This document shows, piece after piece, positions 14,149 to 27,160 of a stretch of DNA of 64,000 nucleotides (positions within the stretch are counted from its first letter, which is position 1; every line of letters begins with the position of its first letter). Source of the DNA: Vicugna vicugna (lineage: Eukaryota); the NCBI GenBank assembly GCA_013265495.1, contig MU058844.1, positions 4,765,535 to 4,829,534 of the forward strand, given 5' to 3'. Both the position numbers and the translations under genes were made by a program. The notes beneath the pieces were generated by a model that was not told the origin of the DNA, did no database searches, and saw only the letters and a program-made list of their open reading frames with translations.

Positions 14149-14663
14149 TGGTGGATAAATAACAAAGTTCATATAGTAATTTTAGAATAGTCACTTTAAA
14201 ATTATAGCAATGCTTAATTTAGATTTGAGACTTCTTGAGTATGCCACAATTCTGATCCCTCTATCCTCCCAATATAATAAGACCTGTAGCCTACTTTTGT
14301 TAGAAGGGACACATTTAGCAAATAGAGAGATTGAATTATGACCACTGGTGAATATGGGACCTTAACATTTTATGCAATACTGAGTATTTTTCTTACTTTT
14401 TATAAAGGTCATCTTTATGTGAAGCCCATTTATGTACCATCTAAGTATGTTATAAAGCTGAGATCCTTGTTTAGAATCATGAACCTGAAAAATAAAGTTT
14501 TCAGCTTTCCTAGTTGTCATTAATATCTATATGAGGAAAGATAGTTTTACTGAAAATTTATAGACTGAATCTGACTCTGTGGGTATTTTAAAATAAAACA
14601 GAACTTACTGTTGGTATTCATTCAATGTACATGGACATAAGTATTGCAAAATGGTGACAAGAG

Positions 14664-14828
14664 CAGTGCTATTCAGTGTCACTTGCAAACTTGCAGCATC
14701 AGTATCACCTAGGAGCTTTATGTAAATGCAGGTTCTCATGTCCAAACCCAAACCTGGTCCCCAGCAGTCTGGGTTTTAACAAGCCCTCCAGGAGATTCTT
14801 AGGCACTCTAACATCTAAGAAGCACTGA
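14664..14828. mobile_element. MER5A hAT-Charlie DNA transposon
   Basis: Inverted termini cagtgct...agcactg; gcagcatcagtatcacctaggagctt and ttttaacaagccctccaggagattct. Confidence 0.85.
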
Positions 14829-17229
14829 CTTAGAGCCTCTCAAATATGGCAATTATCTTTGTCTACTAGATTTTTACCGAAGTGGTCTGGTATGCAGAAA
14901 CCTCTGAAATCCATTAGATTTCTAATAGAAAGTCAATGTAAGTTCAGTTAAATAACTCTTCTCTGTCCCTGGACTTTAAAAGAGAGGACAGGTGACTGTC
15001 AGGATACATGTGATTTTATGCTACGAGGTTGAAATGAAATGTCCCAAGAGCAGATTTCTTTGCTCTATCAGAAACGTGTTTAACTAAAACCCTTATTGTT
15101 TTTACTCGTCTTTCCCCTTCTTATCCCTTCCTCTTTGACATCTCCTGTCTATGGAGGAACACCATTAACCACTTGACAACAAAATGCCACTTACTGTTTT
15201 AATTCAAATAGAAGATATAATCTGGGAATCATAAAAATAGCATTTCCTTTCTCCACATATTATGATCTTCTTCAATATTAATAATCTTTTAACCCAAAAG
15301 ATGTATAAACAAAACTAGAGAAAGCAATGCATGAATTTCACATGTTGTATATTAATATGCTGGACATTTGTGATTAGTACTATGAGGAGGCTTGAGTGTT
15401 GTCAATTCAAGTTGATTCCTACTAATGTTGAAATGTCATTACTTGTCTTTAATGCTTTGAGCATTTGGGGATCGTGTAGAAATTACATATTCTACACAAA
15501 AATCTCCCTTTAAAGTTCATTTATTTTTATGTCTAAGCCCCTTGCTTTGATGTGTGTTTTGTTTATGCTGAGGAGATTTAGTCCCATGTGCAGTAAGAGA
15601 GAGAAGAGGGAAAGAGTCCAGTGTTGCCATTTCTAATCTCTTGCACTCTTGTTAGACCTAATGTTAAAAGCTGCATTTCTCAACCTTGCAGAGGAAAACA
15701 GAAGACATTATGTGTCTACCAGACGCACTGAAAGTAAAGTAAATTAGTTATGCAGCAAAACTCTTTTCCAACTACAATTTCGCTGTATTGTATTACTTGA
15801 ATTTGCATACTGGCAAAAGAGTGATTGTCAGTTTGTATGAAATTTTGTAGTGTTGGAGTTAAAATGGGAAAAAGGAGCCAAATTTTAATTATATGATCAC
15901 TAAGGGCAGTATTTCAAAGCAGTATTTACTGATAGAACTTTTTTGTGCTCCTGTTCAACCATAATTCATTCGCCCTTTGAATAGAAAGTAGGTATGGCTG
16001 ATTTCTTTGGGAAGCAGACTTTGTCATGCAACTTGTTCTGCATTGTAGGGTAAATAATAATGAGGCTCTCTTTATATAAAGCCCCCTTCTTCTGAATGAG
16101 GCAAAATGGTTTATTGCATAGGATCTCCAGAGTCCTCCCAGGATCTCAGTGAGGAAAGGAACGAGTTCTGTGTACTTCTACTGCAGATACCTAGAACAGA
16201 GAACAAAATGGCAGGCAGAGCCATCAGAAAAAAAGCAGCTGATTTTCTTGAATCCAGGTCTGATATACTGTTCATGTTATTTCTAGTTGTCTGTTAATGT
16301 GAGGGACATGTGCATTAAATTGGAAAGTTATAAAATAAATTTAATTTGTTGTGTGAATAGAACTAAGAGTGTTTCTGTTCTAGGAAATGAGCTAAAAATT
16401 AATCTCACCGATATTGGGTCTTTCTGATAAAAAAAAAAATTGGCTTCCTTTGTGAAGCTACATTGTTCAGAAATTAACTCCATGAAGTGAATCTTTGAAG
16501 AAACTAAGTAATAGCAAAACACCAAAACCATATTTATAACAAAGTCATATGAAACAGTAAAGGGAATATGCAGTTAGAACTGTTTTGAGATTATAGTGAA
16601 ACAAAATAGGCAACAAGATAACTGTATCTGGTGACTAGTTAATAGGCAGTTGTACTCTACCTTATGTAGTTTGATATCTTGAAGAGAAATTGATTTTTCT
16701 TATTTAATAATATTTTCCAATTATGGCAGTTCTTTTCAGATGTCTTATATCTGAGTGATTAGGAATTGGCCTCATAGTTTTGTAAATTAGTTGAAGTTTT
16801 CTACTATAAACATTTTTGACTAGTTATTGATTTAGAAATAAACACTTGTTTTGCTGTAATGATTCTGTGGTTCACCTGTGATTTATGCTTTAATAATGTT
16901 TATTAGCTTTGAAATACAGAAAAATATGAAAGCAAAAGCACCTCATGATGCCTTGTCCAGATAACATCATTAAAAAAAATGCATTTACATGAGTAAAAAT
17001 TCAAAAAGCTTAAATGTGAGAGATGATATCCTCTCTTGAAAACAAAACCACAATGAAAAGTTTCTTAGGTATTATTCCAGGATTTTCTTTTTCTATGTTT
17101 ATATACTACCAGTGTCTACAATATCACACCTGTTTTTACAACAAAGAAATATATTATACTCATCATTCTGCATATGCTTTTCAATTTTAAGGTATCACAG
17201 AGATCTATCTAGTTCTCTTTGTCAGGAGG

Positions 17230-18580
17230 AAAATGCACCCATTTTAAGTACATAATTATACGAGTCTTGACAGATGAATACACTGTGTAATCATAACAAT
17301 AGTCAAACACTTCCATCACCCTGAAAATTCCCTCACAACTGTTGTTCATCCATCCCTTCCCCAACTCAGACACTGCTGTGAGTCCTGTCACTACAGACTC
17401 ATTTCCTTCTCTAAGCTTTCGAATAAGGGGGGTTATACTCTATGTCCTCTTTTGAGTCTGAGTTCTTTAGTTCAACATAAGATTTTATAATTCATTTATT
17501 TGGTTGCATGTGTCAGTAATTCAAATCTTTTTTTCTTTCTTTTCTTTTTTTCCCCTGAGTAGTAGTCTATTGTATGGATATGTCATAATTTGTTACTGTT
17601 CTTCAGGTATTCTATATTCTTACTTATTAGCTGTCTTATCAGTTTTGCAAGAGGAATTTGGAATAATTAACTGTAATTATGGATATATGTTTTCCTCCTA
17701 GGTTCTATTTTTCTTTATTTTTATGCTCTATTATTATTTGCATATATATTTATGATTGATTTTGATGAATTTACATTTTTATCATTATGAAATGTTCCTT
17801 TTTTGGAGAATGTTATTCTAAGTGAAGTAAGCCAGAAAGAGAAAGAAAAATACCACATGAGATCGCTCATATGTGGAATCTAAAAAAAAAGCACCATAAA
17901 TACAAAACAGAAACAGACTCATAGACATAGAATACAATCTTGTGGTTGTCAAGGGGGTGGGGGGTTGGAAGGGACAGATTGGGATTTCAAAATGTAGAAC
18001 AGATAAACAAGATTATACTGTATAGCACAGGGAAGTATATACAAGATCTTATGGTAGCTCATAGAGAAAAAATATGACAATGAATATATATATGTTCATG
18101 TATAACTGAAAAATTGTGCTCTACACTGGAATTTGACACAACATTGTAAACTGACTATAACTCAATAAAAAATATTTTAAAAATAAATAAATAATTGAGA
18201 TGGAATTCAGATAACATAAGAAAAAAAAAGAAATGTTCCTTTTTATTTCTATTAATATTTTTTCTCCTGAAGTTTGTATCACCTTAAATTAATATAGTCT
18301 CTCTTACATTAATATAGCTTTCTTGGTATATGGGTTTGCATTATAAGCATTTTCTTTTTTTTTTCCACATTTAACTTATATCTGACTTTTCATTAATGGC
18401 TGTCTCTTACAGACAACTTATCATTTGGTCTTATTTATATCTAGTCTGACAGTTTCTGCCTTTTAAATAGTATGTTTAGACTTTTTACACTGAATGCAGT
18501 TACTACTAGGTGGCATTTAAGTATCCCATCTTGTTACTTATTTTCTATTTGTCCCATCTATTTTTAATTAATTTTTCTTA
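17230..18580 (-). mobile_element. Old L1M fragments (3'UTR and ORF2 5' region), interrupted by a young L1
   Basis: aaaatgcacccattttaagta...ttccatcaccctgaaaattccctc (antisense 3'UTR); tagtctgacagtttctgccttttaaat...tttagac (antisense ORF2 start). Confidence 0.75.
17804..18229 (+). mobile_element. Young 5'-truncated L1 3' end with perfect 15-bp TSD
   Basis: ggagaatgttattctaagtgaagtaagccagaaagagaaagaaaaatacc...gactataactcaataaa; TSD GAAATGTTCCTTTTT at 17789-17803 and 18230-18244. Confidence 0.95.
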
Positions 18581-18586
18581 ACTGTC

Positions 18587-19131
18587 TGTCATGACTGATT
18601 TTGTATATCAACTTGGCAAGGCTGTAGTCCTCAGTTGTTCTACCAAACACTAGTCTAGTGTTACTGTGTGGATATTTTGTAGATGTGATTGACATCTACA
18701 ATCAATTGACTTTAGGTTAAGGAGATTATCCTTGAAAATCTAGGTAGGCCTCATACAATCAGTTGAAAGATGTTAGGAACAAAACTGAGGTTTCCCTGAA
18801 GAAGAGTAAACTTTCCCTGTGGACTACAGTATCTGCTCCTCTTTGAGAGTTTCCAGCACACCATCCTGTCCTGCAGAATTCAGGCCTTCCCTACAATTGC
18901 ACACACCAATTTTTTGAAATAAATTTCTTTCTCTCGCTGTATATGTATGTTTACACATGTGCACACACACACGCGCGCACATATACATATACATTCGCAT
19001 CACATATATATACATTATATATATATATAAAATATATATATAATATATATATATAATATATATAATATTATATATATATATAAAATATATATATAAAGTT
19101 CTGTTTCTTTCGTAGAATACTGACTGATACA
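18587..19131 (+). mobile_element. MLT2 (MLT2D-like) ERVL LTR
   Basis: tgtcatgactgattttgtatatcaacttggc...ggagattatccttg...caatcagttgaaag...tgactgataca, with the internal microsatellite typical of MLT2. Confidence 0.9.
18938..19095. repeat. Compound (CA)n/(TA)n microsatellite inside MLT2
   Basis: cacacacacacgcgcgcac followed by about 90 nt of interrupted TA. Confidence 0.95.
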
Positions 19132-19742
19132 GATTTTGTTTCAAAGAGTGTTTCTAGAAGAATAGAATCTTAGTGATGAGTTTTTTGAGTTGGTTCTGGG
19201 TTTGAAAAAAAAAAAGGCACTAATAACTTTGTTTCCAGTGGTAAAGAGGGCACTAGTAATCTATGGTGTGGTGTAGCAACAGAGATAAATAAAATATCAT
19301 CATTGGACACTACTAGTCAAATATGGTTGTGGATTGAATATTTGTGTCTCCTCAAAATTCATATGTTGAAACCTAGTTCTTAATGTGATAGTATTTGGAG
19401 CTGGGGACTTTGGGAGGTAACTGGGTCATTTGGAGGTGAGGCCTTTTGGTGGTAATTAAGAGAATGGAGCCCTTATGAATGGGATTACTGTCCTTATAGG
19501 AATAGGCCAGAGAGATAGCTTGCTCTCTTTCCTCCAAATAAGGATACAAGAAGTTAGCTCTCTGCAATCTGTAAGAGTGTCCTTGCTGGTACCCAGCTGT
19601 GCTGTAACCTGATCTTGGACTTCTAGCTTCCAGAACTGTGAGAAATAAATGTCTGTCATTTATAAGTCACCCAGTCTATGACACTTTGCTACAGCAGCCC
19701 AAAATGAGTAAGATTAATACCTATAGAAGGCAAGATGACCAC
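19132..19742 (+). mobile_element. ERVL internal leader fragment, split by MLT1A
   Basis: gattttg...gagtgtttctagaagaatagaatctta...ttggttctggg directly follows the LTR; resumes aatacctatagaaggcaag after 19715. Confidence 0.75.
19324..19715 (+). mobile_element. MLT1A-like MaLR LTR
   Basis: ttgtgtctcctcaaaattcatatgttgaaaccta...gatcttggacttctagcttccagaactgtgagaaataaat...cagcagccc. Confidence 0.9.
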
Positions 19743-21119
19743 ATGTTCAAAATTGAAAGCAGATTTTTATATTTAAATTTTATGTGTAAAATTTATAGCA
19801 CTTAATGCTTATAAAGTCAATCGGTGAGAATGTCAGTTATGCTGACCATATTAAAAAATGGGAGTTAAAGATAAGTTAACTTTATCATTTTTGTTATTTC
19901 TGTTTTGTTTATTTATCCTTTGTTATGTTTATTCTTGTGTTTTTCCTTTCAAATGCTAAACAGTTTAAACTTATCCATGTCAGAAATTCGTAGGGAATCC
20001 CAAATTCAGCCTGATATCTCTGCAATGTGGTAATATTTTTAAAGTTGAATTTACAGTCTTCATACTCTTAAATTAAACAAGCACTTCAGGAAAGGTTTTA
20101 TCTCAGGTTCCTTTCCAAGTTGAATAATCCCCAAAGCATAAAGTCAAAACTAATGATAAATAATGTGTTAATATTTAGCATATGATATTTCAGTGTGCAT
20201 ATAGTATATTACCAGAGGTTTTCAAAATAAGTTTGAATAAACATTTTTGGAGTGACTCCAGCTCCTTCCATGGTTCCCAAGAGTTTTGGGACATATCTTT
20301 TAGTGTAAATAATCTCTTAGGACTCTCCCTTCCAATTATAATATACATTGACTCTAAATTTTCGTAATTTATAAAAAGTCTGAATTTCAAAAATAAAGTA
20401 TGGTTGATAACTGTTCTTTGACTTGCTGTATTTACCACAATTCCAGCTTCATATATAATATGTAGTTTTTATATTGAACTTTCATATTAAGATTAGTACC
20501 TAAATTTTCTAAACAGGGAAAATAGATGAGGGATTTAATATGACAGGTGCTGATTTAGGAGGCTCCAATGGAGAGTGAATTTTCTTCTTGACCGTGTGCC
20601 TAATACTTTTGGAAGGTATTGAGCATTTGCCTGAGGCCTGTAAACATTGAACTTTTGGTTCAAAATGCTAGAATACGTATGCAATGTTTTATGTGTACTT
20701 GATTTAAAATAAAATTCTATAAAAGTTTTCCTACCAACTTTGATTCAACGACTCTGATTCAGACCTTTGAAAGATTTGCTGACGTAAGTAAGCATAATAG
20801 GCATCAATACTTGAAACTTGAGAGTAATTTATTCTGACTTTGCTTTCTAAGCTATTCTACACTGAGTAACCAACGAAAACTTCCCCAAATTAAACTTGCT
20901 TTTTAGTCCCATTTATATTTTTTTTTATTTCTTATTCCAATATTACTGTAAAGAATTTGGCATTATCTTTATAGTTTTAATAAGGAAGATAAATTTATTT
21001 GAAGGTTAGTATGACATATTTTAAAGAACAACAGTAACTATGTGCTTTCTTCTCAAATATAAACTTTCTACTTACTAATGGATTCACCATATATTTTACT
21101 ATTGGGGAACTGTCATCTG

Positions 21120-22330
21120 TGCATGTGAAACGAATCTGTACCTTTAAATCTCTGGTTCTTATCTTTCTTTTATAAATCAGATCTGATTTTCCTTCATCTT
21201 CTGGACATATTTATCTATATTCTCTCTTGGGTACAACCCAATTTTGACTGTTTCCACCTCAAAATGACTTCTTTTTGCTGAATTCCTCCATCTATAGACT
21301 GAATATTTCCCAACCACTGAGAGTTGAAAACTTAGTTATTTCTTCCTTACTTAATGCCTCTCCTCAAATTAATTGCAGTGTTCTGTGCATTCTAAACCTG
21401 TCTCTTAAATGTCCTTCGTTGCCTCTTGCTGGCTTTCATTACTTTATACTTGGTCTATTTAAATAATTTATATTTTCTTTCTGATTCAACTTTGACATTG
21501 CTGCCAAATTGCATTCATCAGTGTTCAGTTCTGATCATATTATTCTCCTGCTTGAAAAATGTCAGTTCCTCCCCATTGCCTATAAGGGGCAGCAGGTCAG
21601 GCACAAGCCCTGAAAACAGTTTTGGCTTCCTGTAGTAGTCTTTTGTAGAAATTTCAGAGGGAATGCCTGTGCACCTCCTATTACCTCATCTTCTCATTAT
21701 TCAGTTATGTCTGGGTAATGTTTGCATAGATCTATGCTCTGTATATATAAGGCTACGATTTGCTAATGCAAAACAAACAAAGCAGAGAGTAGCAATGGCT
21801 GACCATCTACAACTATGAAGTGAAGTTGTCATGCAGATGGCTGAAATGCCTGGGAAGAACATGTGATTTTACCCAGAGACTAGTTGCAAAATAAATAAGG
21901 AATATATAAAGAATTCTTGAGTTTGCTAACAGCTAAAGCAAACATCCTCTTTGTAAAAGAGTGATACCCGAAATCCTTTTCTGTCAAGTAATCTCACTCA
22001 TCCCCGGTAGGCTCCTTATTAGTACTTGTGTGTATGACCAGATGAGTGGAAGGACAACTTGTAGTGACAACTTTCTAACCTTTTGAACAGAAACATATCT
22101 GGTTATAAAGCCAATTGCAATGCATTATTATTCCAACAATTATCTTGTTAGCTGAGGCATCTAATGTGATACAATCCATAGTTCTCCATGATGTAACCTG
22201 ATCATTTTCAGATTTATTGTCTTAGTTTCTTGACACATGCTCTACATTCCAGCTTTGCTTAATTATGTAAATTATGTGTCTTTCCTTCCTTCCCACTGAG
22301 TGTGCAATGTTCCCTGGGTGCTTTGTAGAA
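21120..22330 (+). mobile_element. Degraded L2, interrupted at about 21590-22150
   Basis: tctgatcatattattctcctgcttgaaaa...ccccattgcctata before the gap; ctccatgatgtaacctg...gctctacattccagc after it. Confidence 0.5.
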
Positions 22331-25014
22331 CATTTAAGATGGAAAGGACAACCTTACTATCAAAAACCAGTTTATAAAATGCATTTCAAGTTAACCAAAA
22401 AAAATCAGTAATAACTAATAACATGTTTTGGAGACAAGATGGGAGTAGCCTTTCCCATTCTAAGAAGGCACTGTGAAACTTAACCTTCTCATTCCACAGT
22501 CCATCATCTGCAACCTGTATCCTTTTAACCCTACCCACCTAGGTCCAGTGTATTCTCTAAAGTAAGGTCTAAATCTAATTTCTCAATTTTCAACATAAAT
22601 TTGAGATTTCCAAATTACTTTATCATCTTCTGCGACATTTTATCTATCAATGCTTTCTTGGCTAACAGTCGTTTTTCATACAACATAGTTCCTTGAATCA
22701 AGAGCTGATTTGATTCTAATTTATATTTATTGCAGGACATTTTGCACATAGTAGGTTTTCAATATTGAGTTGAATGTTAACATAGGTTTATAACTGTGAC
22801 CAATGAATTGCATTTTAATAAGATTAAAAGAAAAGAGATATCTTATAACTAAGACTTTTATAAAGTAAAATATTATATGATAAACCTCAAGGTATATAAA
22901 ATTTGGACTAAGATTTGTAAATATGTTTTCGTAAAACTTTGCTTTTTTCACTTCTTTTTTAAAAAGTTAACAGCCATAATATTAAATATAGTAACCTCAA
23001 AGGTTATTTTAGTGTAAAATTTACTGTGTTATCTATTAATACAATACCTGGATATATTTATAAATAATTATTTTAAAAAGTAAGCTATTTATCCTTGTGT
23101 AAGTATTATGAATCACTTATATATTTTACTAGATTTATATGTAATGGATAAAATATTAAAAAATTTTAGTTAGAAAATACTAAAGTTATAAAATACTACT
23201 TAGTTATAAAATATTATTTCCCTCTGAAAAACTCAGTGAAGACTGCTTGAAAGGACATCTACATTAAAAAAATTTTTTATATGTACAGAACACAACCATT
23301 ATACTTTGATACATGAATGATGAGACATGATAAAATAAGAATTATATTCCTGTTGAAAATGCTAAAAGTAGTCAGTTGATCTGACATATATAAAACTCAG
23401 AAAATATTACAATTGTGTGTAAAGTAAAATTGAAGGAAATTTTAGGAAGATCTTTATAAACTTATGAAATATATTCATTTAAAAAATCATAATGCTTTTG
23501 ACAAGCCAAGTTAGCAATCTACTTGTTGTAAACTCCAGGTGATTTTCTTTGCTGTAACAATGAACTGTAATCAAAGTTGAACGTTGACTCTGACACACAC
23601 TTTACTGCTTAATGATAGAAAGAAACATTTCAGTTTGTGGAATTTGAAGAAAGTGATTTGTGCCTCTCTCAATGCCTACCCAATTGCTCAGAGATGCAGG
23701 ATCCACAAGATCTCCTGGACAATACCACATAGAGCGGGATGTAGCTTTTGTTCTTCCCTCAAATTCATCCACTAGGATTAAAAATTTGATCATATGAACC
23801 AAGACAGAGGAAGAAAAAGACACTCTTTTACAGGATAACTAACTGGAAATATAATTTTATTTAAAGTTAATTTTGGTCAGCTGTATGTCTTCCACTCTCC
23901 TTATGACTCCTCCACCGTTCCACCCACATTCAAAAACAGGTCTTAATGGAGCTGAATGACCGACAACTTGTGCTAGAGTCAAAGATGGAAAGGAGGCAAA
24001 AGAAGTCAAAGAAAAATACAGACTATCTTTAAGGGATGTGTGAATTTCTTAGTGACTAGAATTGAAAACGTCCTCTGACATCAAAAGACATGATAAAGGA
24101 AGGCACTAAGAAGGAGAGGTAAGTAGGAAAGAATAATCACATAGGCAGTTTTGGTGTCCTGGAGAGTTAGTTCATAGGGTCTACTTCCAACTCTTCAAAA
24201 ATTCCACCAGATCAACTGTCAATGACTTGTCATTCTTTGTAAGCTGATCTTATCACCTACTGCAGTATGGGAGACTTCAATTTGTCACCTCAGTATATTT
24301 TTGGTACTGCTTATGAAGTGTGTGTGGCAGGTGGGGTCATCAAGGCCATATATTCTTAAGGTTTTATGATATGGTATCAGGCAGGTCTAAGTTCACTGAT
24401 GTAGAAATTTTATTAGTACTGGGTGAAGTTCATGGCAGAATTGTTTAGGGTTGGTGAACATAGTGAGGCCAGGATTTGATGAGTAAGTATTTTGATAAGC
24501 AAGAGGTTTGTCCGTTTGAATGACCTGTTACCCTAAGAAAGCTGCTTACCCTAAGGAGAAATCTATTGTTCTGAGAAAGGGCTGTCTGAACAGTATGTTG
24601 TTCTGAGAAATGTTTTTTTAGAAAGTATCTGAAGTAAGCAATATAGTCACAAATTTATCTGCCTAGTCTAAAATTTTCTTAAGTAGTGAGGTCTTGTTAA
24701 TGCCAACTGCTGAAATAGTTCCTGATTCTATTAAGCTGTGTGGATGCAGCTTTTATTTTGACATGAATTAGACGATTCCACTCAAATCTAAAATTAAGGC
24801 CAATGTCTCTATTCTTTCTGTATGTGTAGATGTACATAAATATAAGGGCTTTTAAAAACAATAAATAATCCAAGTTCTCTCTTCTACTAATAATGTTTCT
24901 CATAGGAGCATATTTTAATACTTAATTTTAAAGTTTGGGTCTTGAACTGTACCATGAGAATTAAAGACAAATTTCAAATTAGAAAAAAGAATCATCTTTA
25001 ATGGCAAGGAGAAT

Positions 25015-25496
25015 TACATCCCTATGTTCAGCACAGGCTTATTTACAACAACCAAAATACAGAAACAACTTAAATACCCATTAACAGTTAAGTGAGTAAA
25101 GAAGATATACTATATACATACTATGGAATCCTAGAAAAAGAAGAAATCTTGCCATTTGGACATGAATAGACCTTGAGAGTATTATGCTAAATGAAATAAA
25201 TTTAAAGGAGAAAGACAAATACCTTATGATTTCACTCCTACGTGGAATATAGTAAACAAACAAAATAAATGAACAGACCAACCTAAACAAACAAAAATCC
25301 ATGTAGTTATAGAGGACAGAGTTGTGGTTATCAGAGGAAAAGGAGCAGAATGGTAAAGGAGATTAGCTATATAGTGATGGATGAAAACTAAATATTTGAT
25401 GGTTAGCGTGCTGTAGGGTATACAAAGGTAGAAATGTAATGTACACATGAAACTTAAATAATTTTATGAACTAATGTTGCCTCAATTTTTAAAAAG
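25015..25496 (+). mobile_element. L1 3' end (laurasiatherian-type 3'UTR)
   Basis: ccctatgttca...gaccttgagagtattatgctaaatgaaataa...gagaaagacaaatacc...tgttgcctcaattttta. Confidence 0.9.
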
Positions 25497-25914
25497 TAAT
25501 TAAAAATTTATATACTTCTTCAGTTATTAGGAAAATATGGTGAACTAATCCAGGAAAATATTGCTATAAGAAAAAGACAAAGAACAAAAATTCTAAAAGA
25601 CATAATTATGAATAAAATTTAACTTAATCCCTAAATGCAAAAAATACATGCTAAAATATCAGTGAGATGCTTTTGCTTAGAAACTAGCAAAGATTCATGC
25701 ATGGGATGTCCAGTGATATTTAGAATATTTTGAATTGGAACATTCATCTATTGTTTGTGTGACTATAATTTGCTGCAACTATTCTAGAGTGTAATTTGAT
25801 AATGCCAGTCAAATGCATTGATCATGCATTCCATTTCTAGGAATATTCCTGCACAAAACAGAGACTTGTAAGACAGTAATGTTCAGAAAAGGTCATTATA
25901 GAATTGTTGATATG

Positions 25915-26150
25915 TAAGTAGAGTTCCAGCCATCACACCACATTGTTAGCAGCAGAATGAAGGAATGAATGAAGAGGAAGGGGCAAGAAGCATGCACCAG
26001 CTCTTACAGGCATTTACAGGAAGCTTTATCTTACATCTTTTTGTGCAGCTCTTGGTCACATTGCATAAAAGGCTAGGAAATGTTTTCATTTTAGGCAGCC
26101 GTGTTTCCAGCTAAAATCAGCAATTCTATTATAATGTGAGAAGGGAAGTC
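25915..26150 (-). mobile_element. Old MLT1 (J/K/L-like) fragment
   Basis: ggctaggaaatgttttcattttaggcagccgtgtttccagctaaaa. Confidence 0.55.
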
Positions 26151-26599
26151 TCTTTTATATTGTTTCACTGAGCAAATTAACTCCAATTTGTCTCAGCCTC
26201 TCCAATCTACTCTAGCCTCTCCTTAGAATAACTATAAGGCTCATGAAAGTTTCTTCCAAACAAAAAAATTGTTCTTTTCTATAAAAATAACCTGCTCCTA
26301 TGCTAGAATTTTGGTGGCTGTAGCCAGCTTGTTAAAAATAGCTGTTGTTTTCCATTTAAATATACATGATAAAAACTGCAGTTCTAAAATACTGTTTTTA
26401 TTTTAAATTATAAACGTGCAGATATGTGAATGAATTTAGTAAAGAAAGCAAAATGCTAACAATTATTTTCTGTAAAGTAGGAGAACAGATGCTTTTAACT
26501 TGTGACTTTTATTTAATACATTTTAAAATGTTTTTTAAAATAAATGCACTGAAAGTCAGAATTGAAATATCAATTTCTGTATATGTCAATAAATAGATC

Positions 26600-27160
26600 C
26601 AATTAATTAATTCATTCATTATTTATTCTATAAAAGGCATTTATACTGAAGTCCACATATGGAAAATTATAAACAGCTTAATCACAGTCCTTGTCTTGAA
26701 GATACTTAAACTCCACTGAGAGAGATAGGAACATGCATTTACAATTAGGGTAGAATGACTTGGGTGCAATGGGTAGAGAAATGCATAGATTGATATCGTA
26801 GTGCTAGCAGATTCACTCTCACCAAACTATAGAAATCAGAAACATAGTTGAGGTGAGTCTAAATATTGAAAAGTTGGGCAAGAACATGAGAAGGTGTTTG
26901 TGTGAAGGTATGAAGGTTATAGTTCTACTTATCCTACTGTAAAAACTGTATATATGGAGAGATAACTAGTGGAATGTGTGTGTGTGTGTAGGTGTGAAAC
27001 AGCTAGAATAAGACTAGAGAGGTTTGCAGAGGCCCTGGAGGCAGGTGATATGTCATATCAGGAAGTCTGAATATGTTGTGAAGGTTTGTGTAGAGACTGA
27101 ACAATTGCAAGCAGGTAAGTGTTGTCATAAAAGATTTCCATTTTAGAAAGTGTCACATCT
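26600..27160 (-). mobile_element. L2 3' end
   Basis: ttcattcatt tail; cacagtccttgtctt; gcaagcaggtaagtg...cattttagaaag. Confidence 0.65.

Noticed and set aside
16065..16260. TATA box (TATATAAA) plus a possible plus-strand exon
   Set aside because: No CpG or initiator support, a weak donor (CAG|gtctga), and an unrecognisable peptide; expected by chance in AT-rich DNA.
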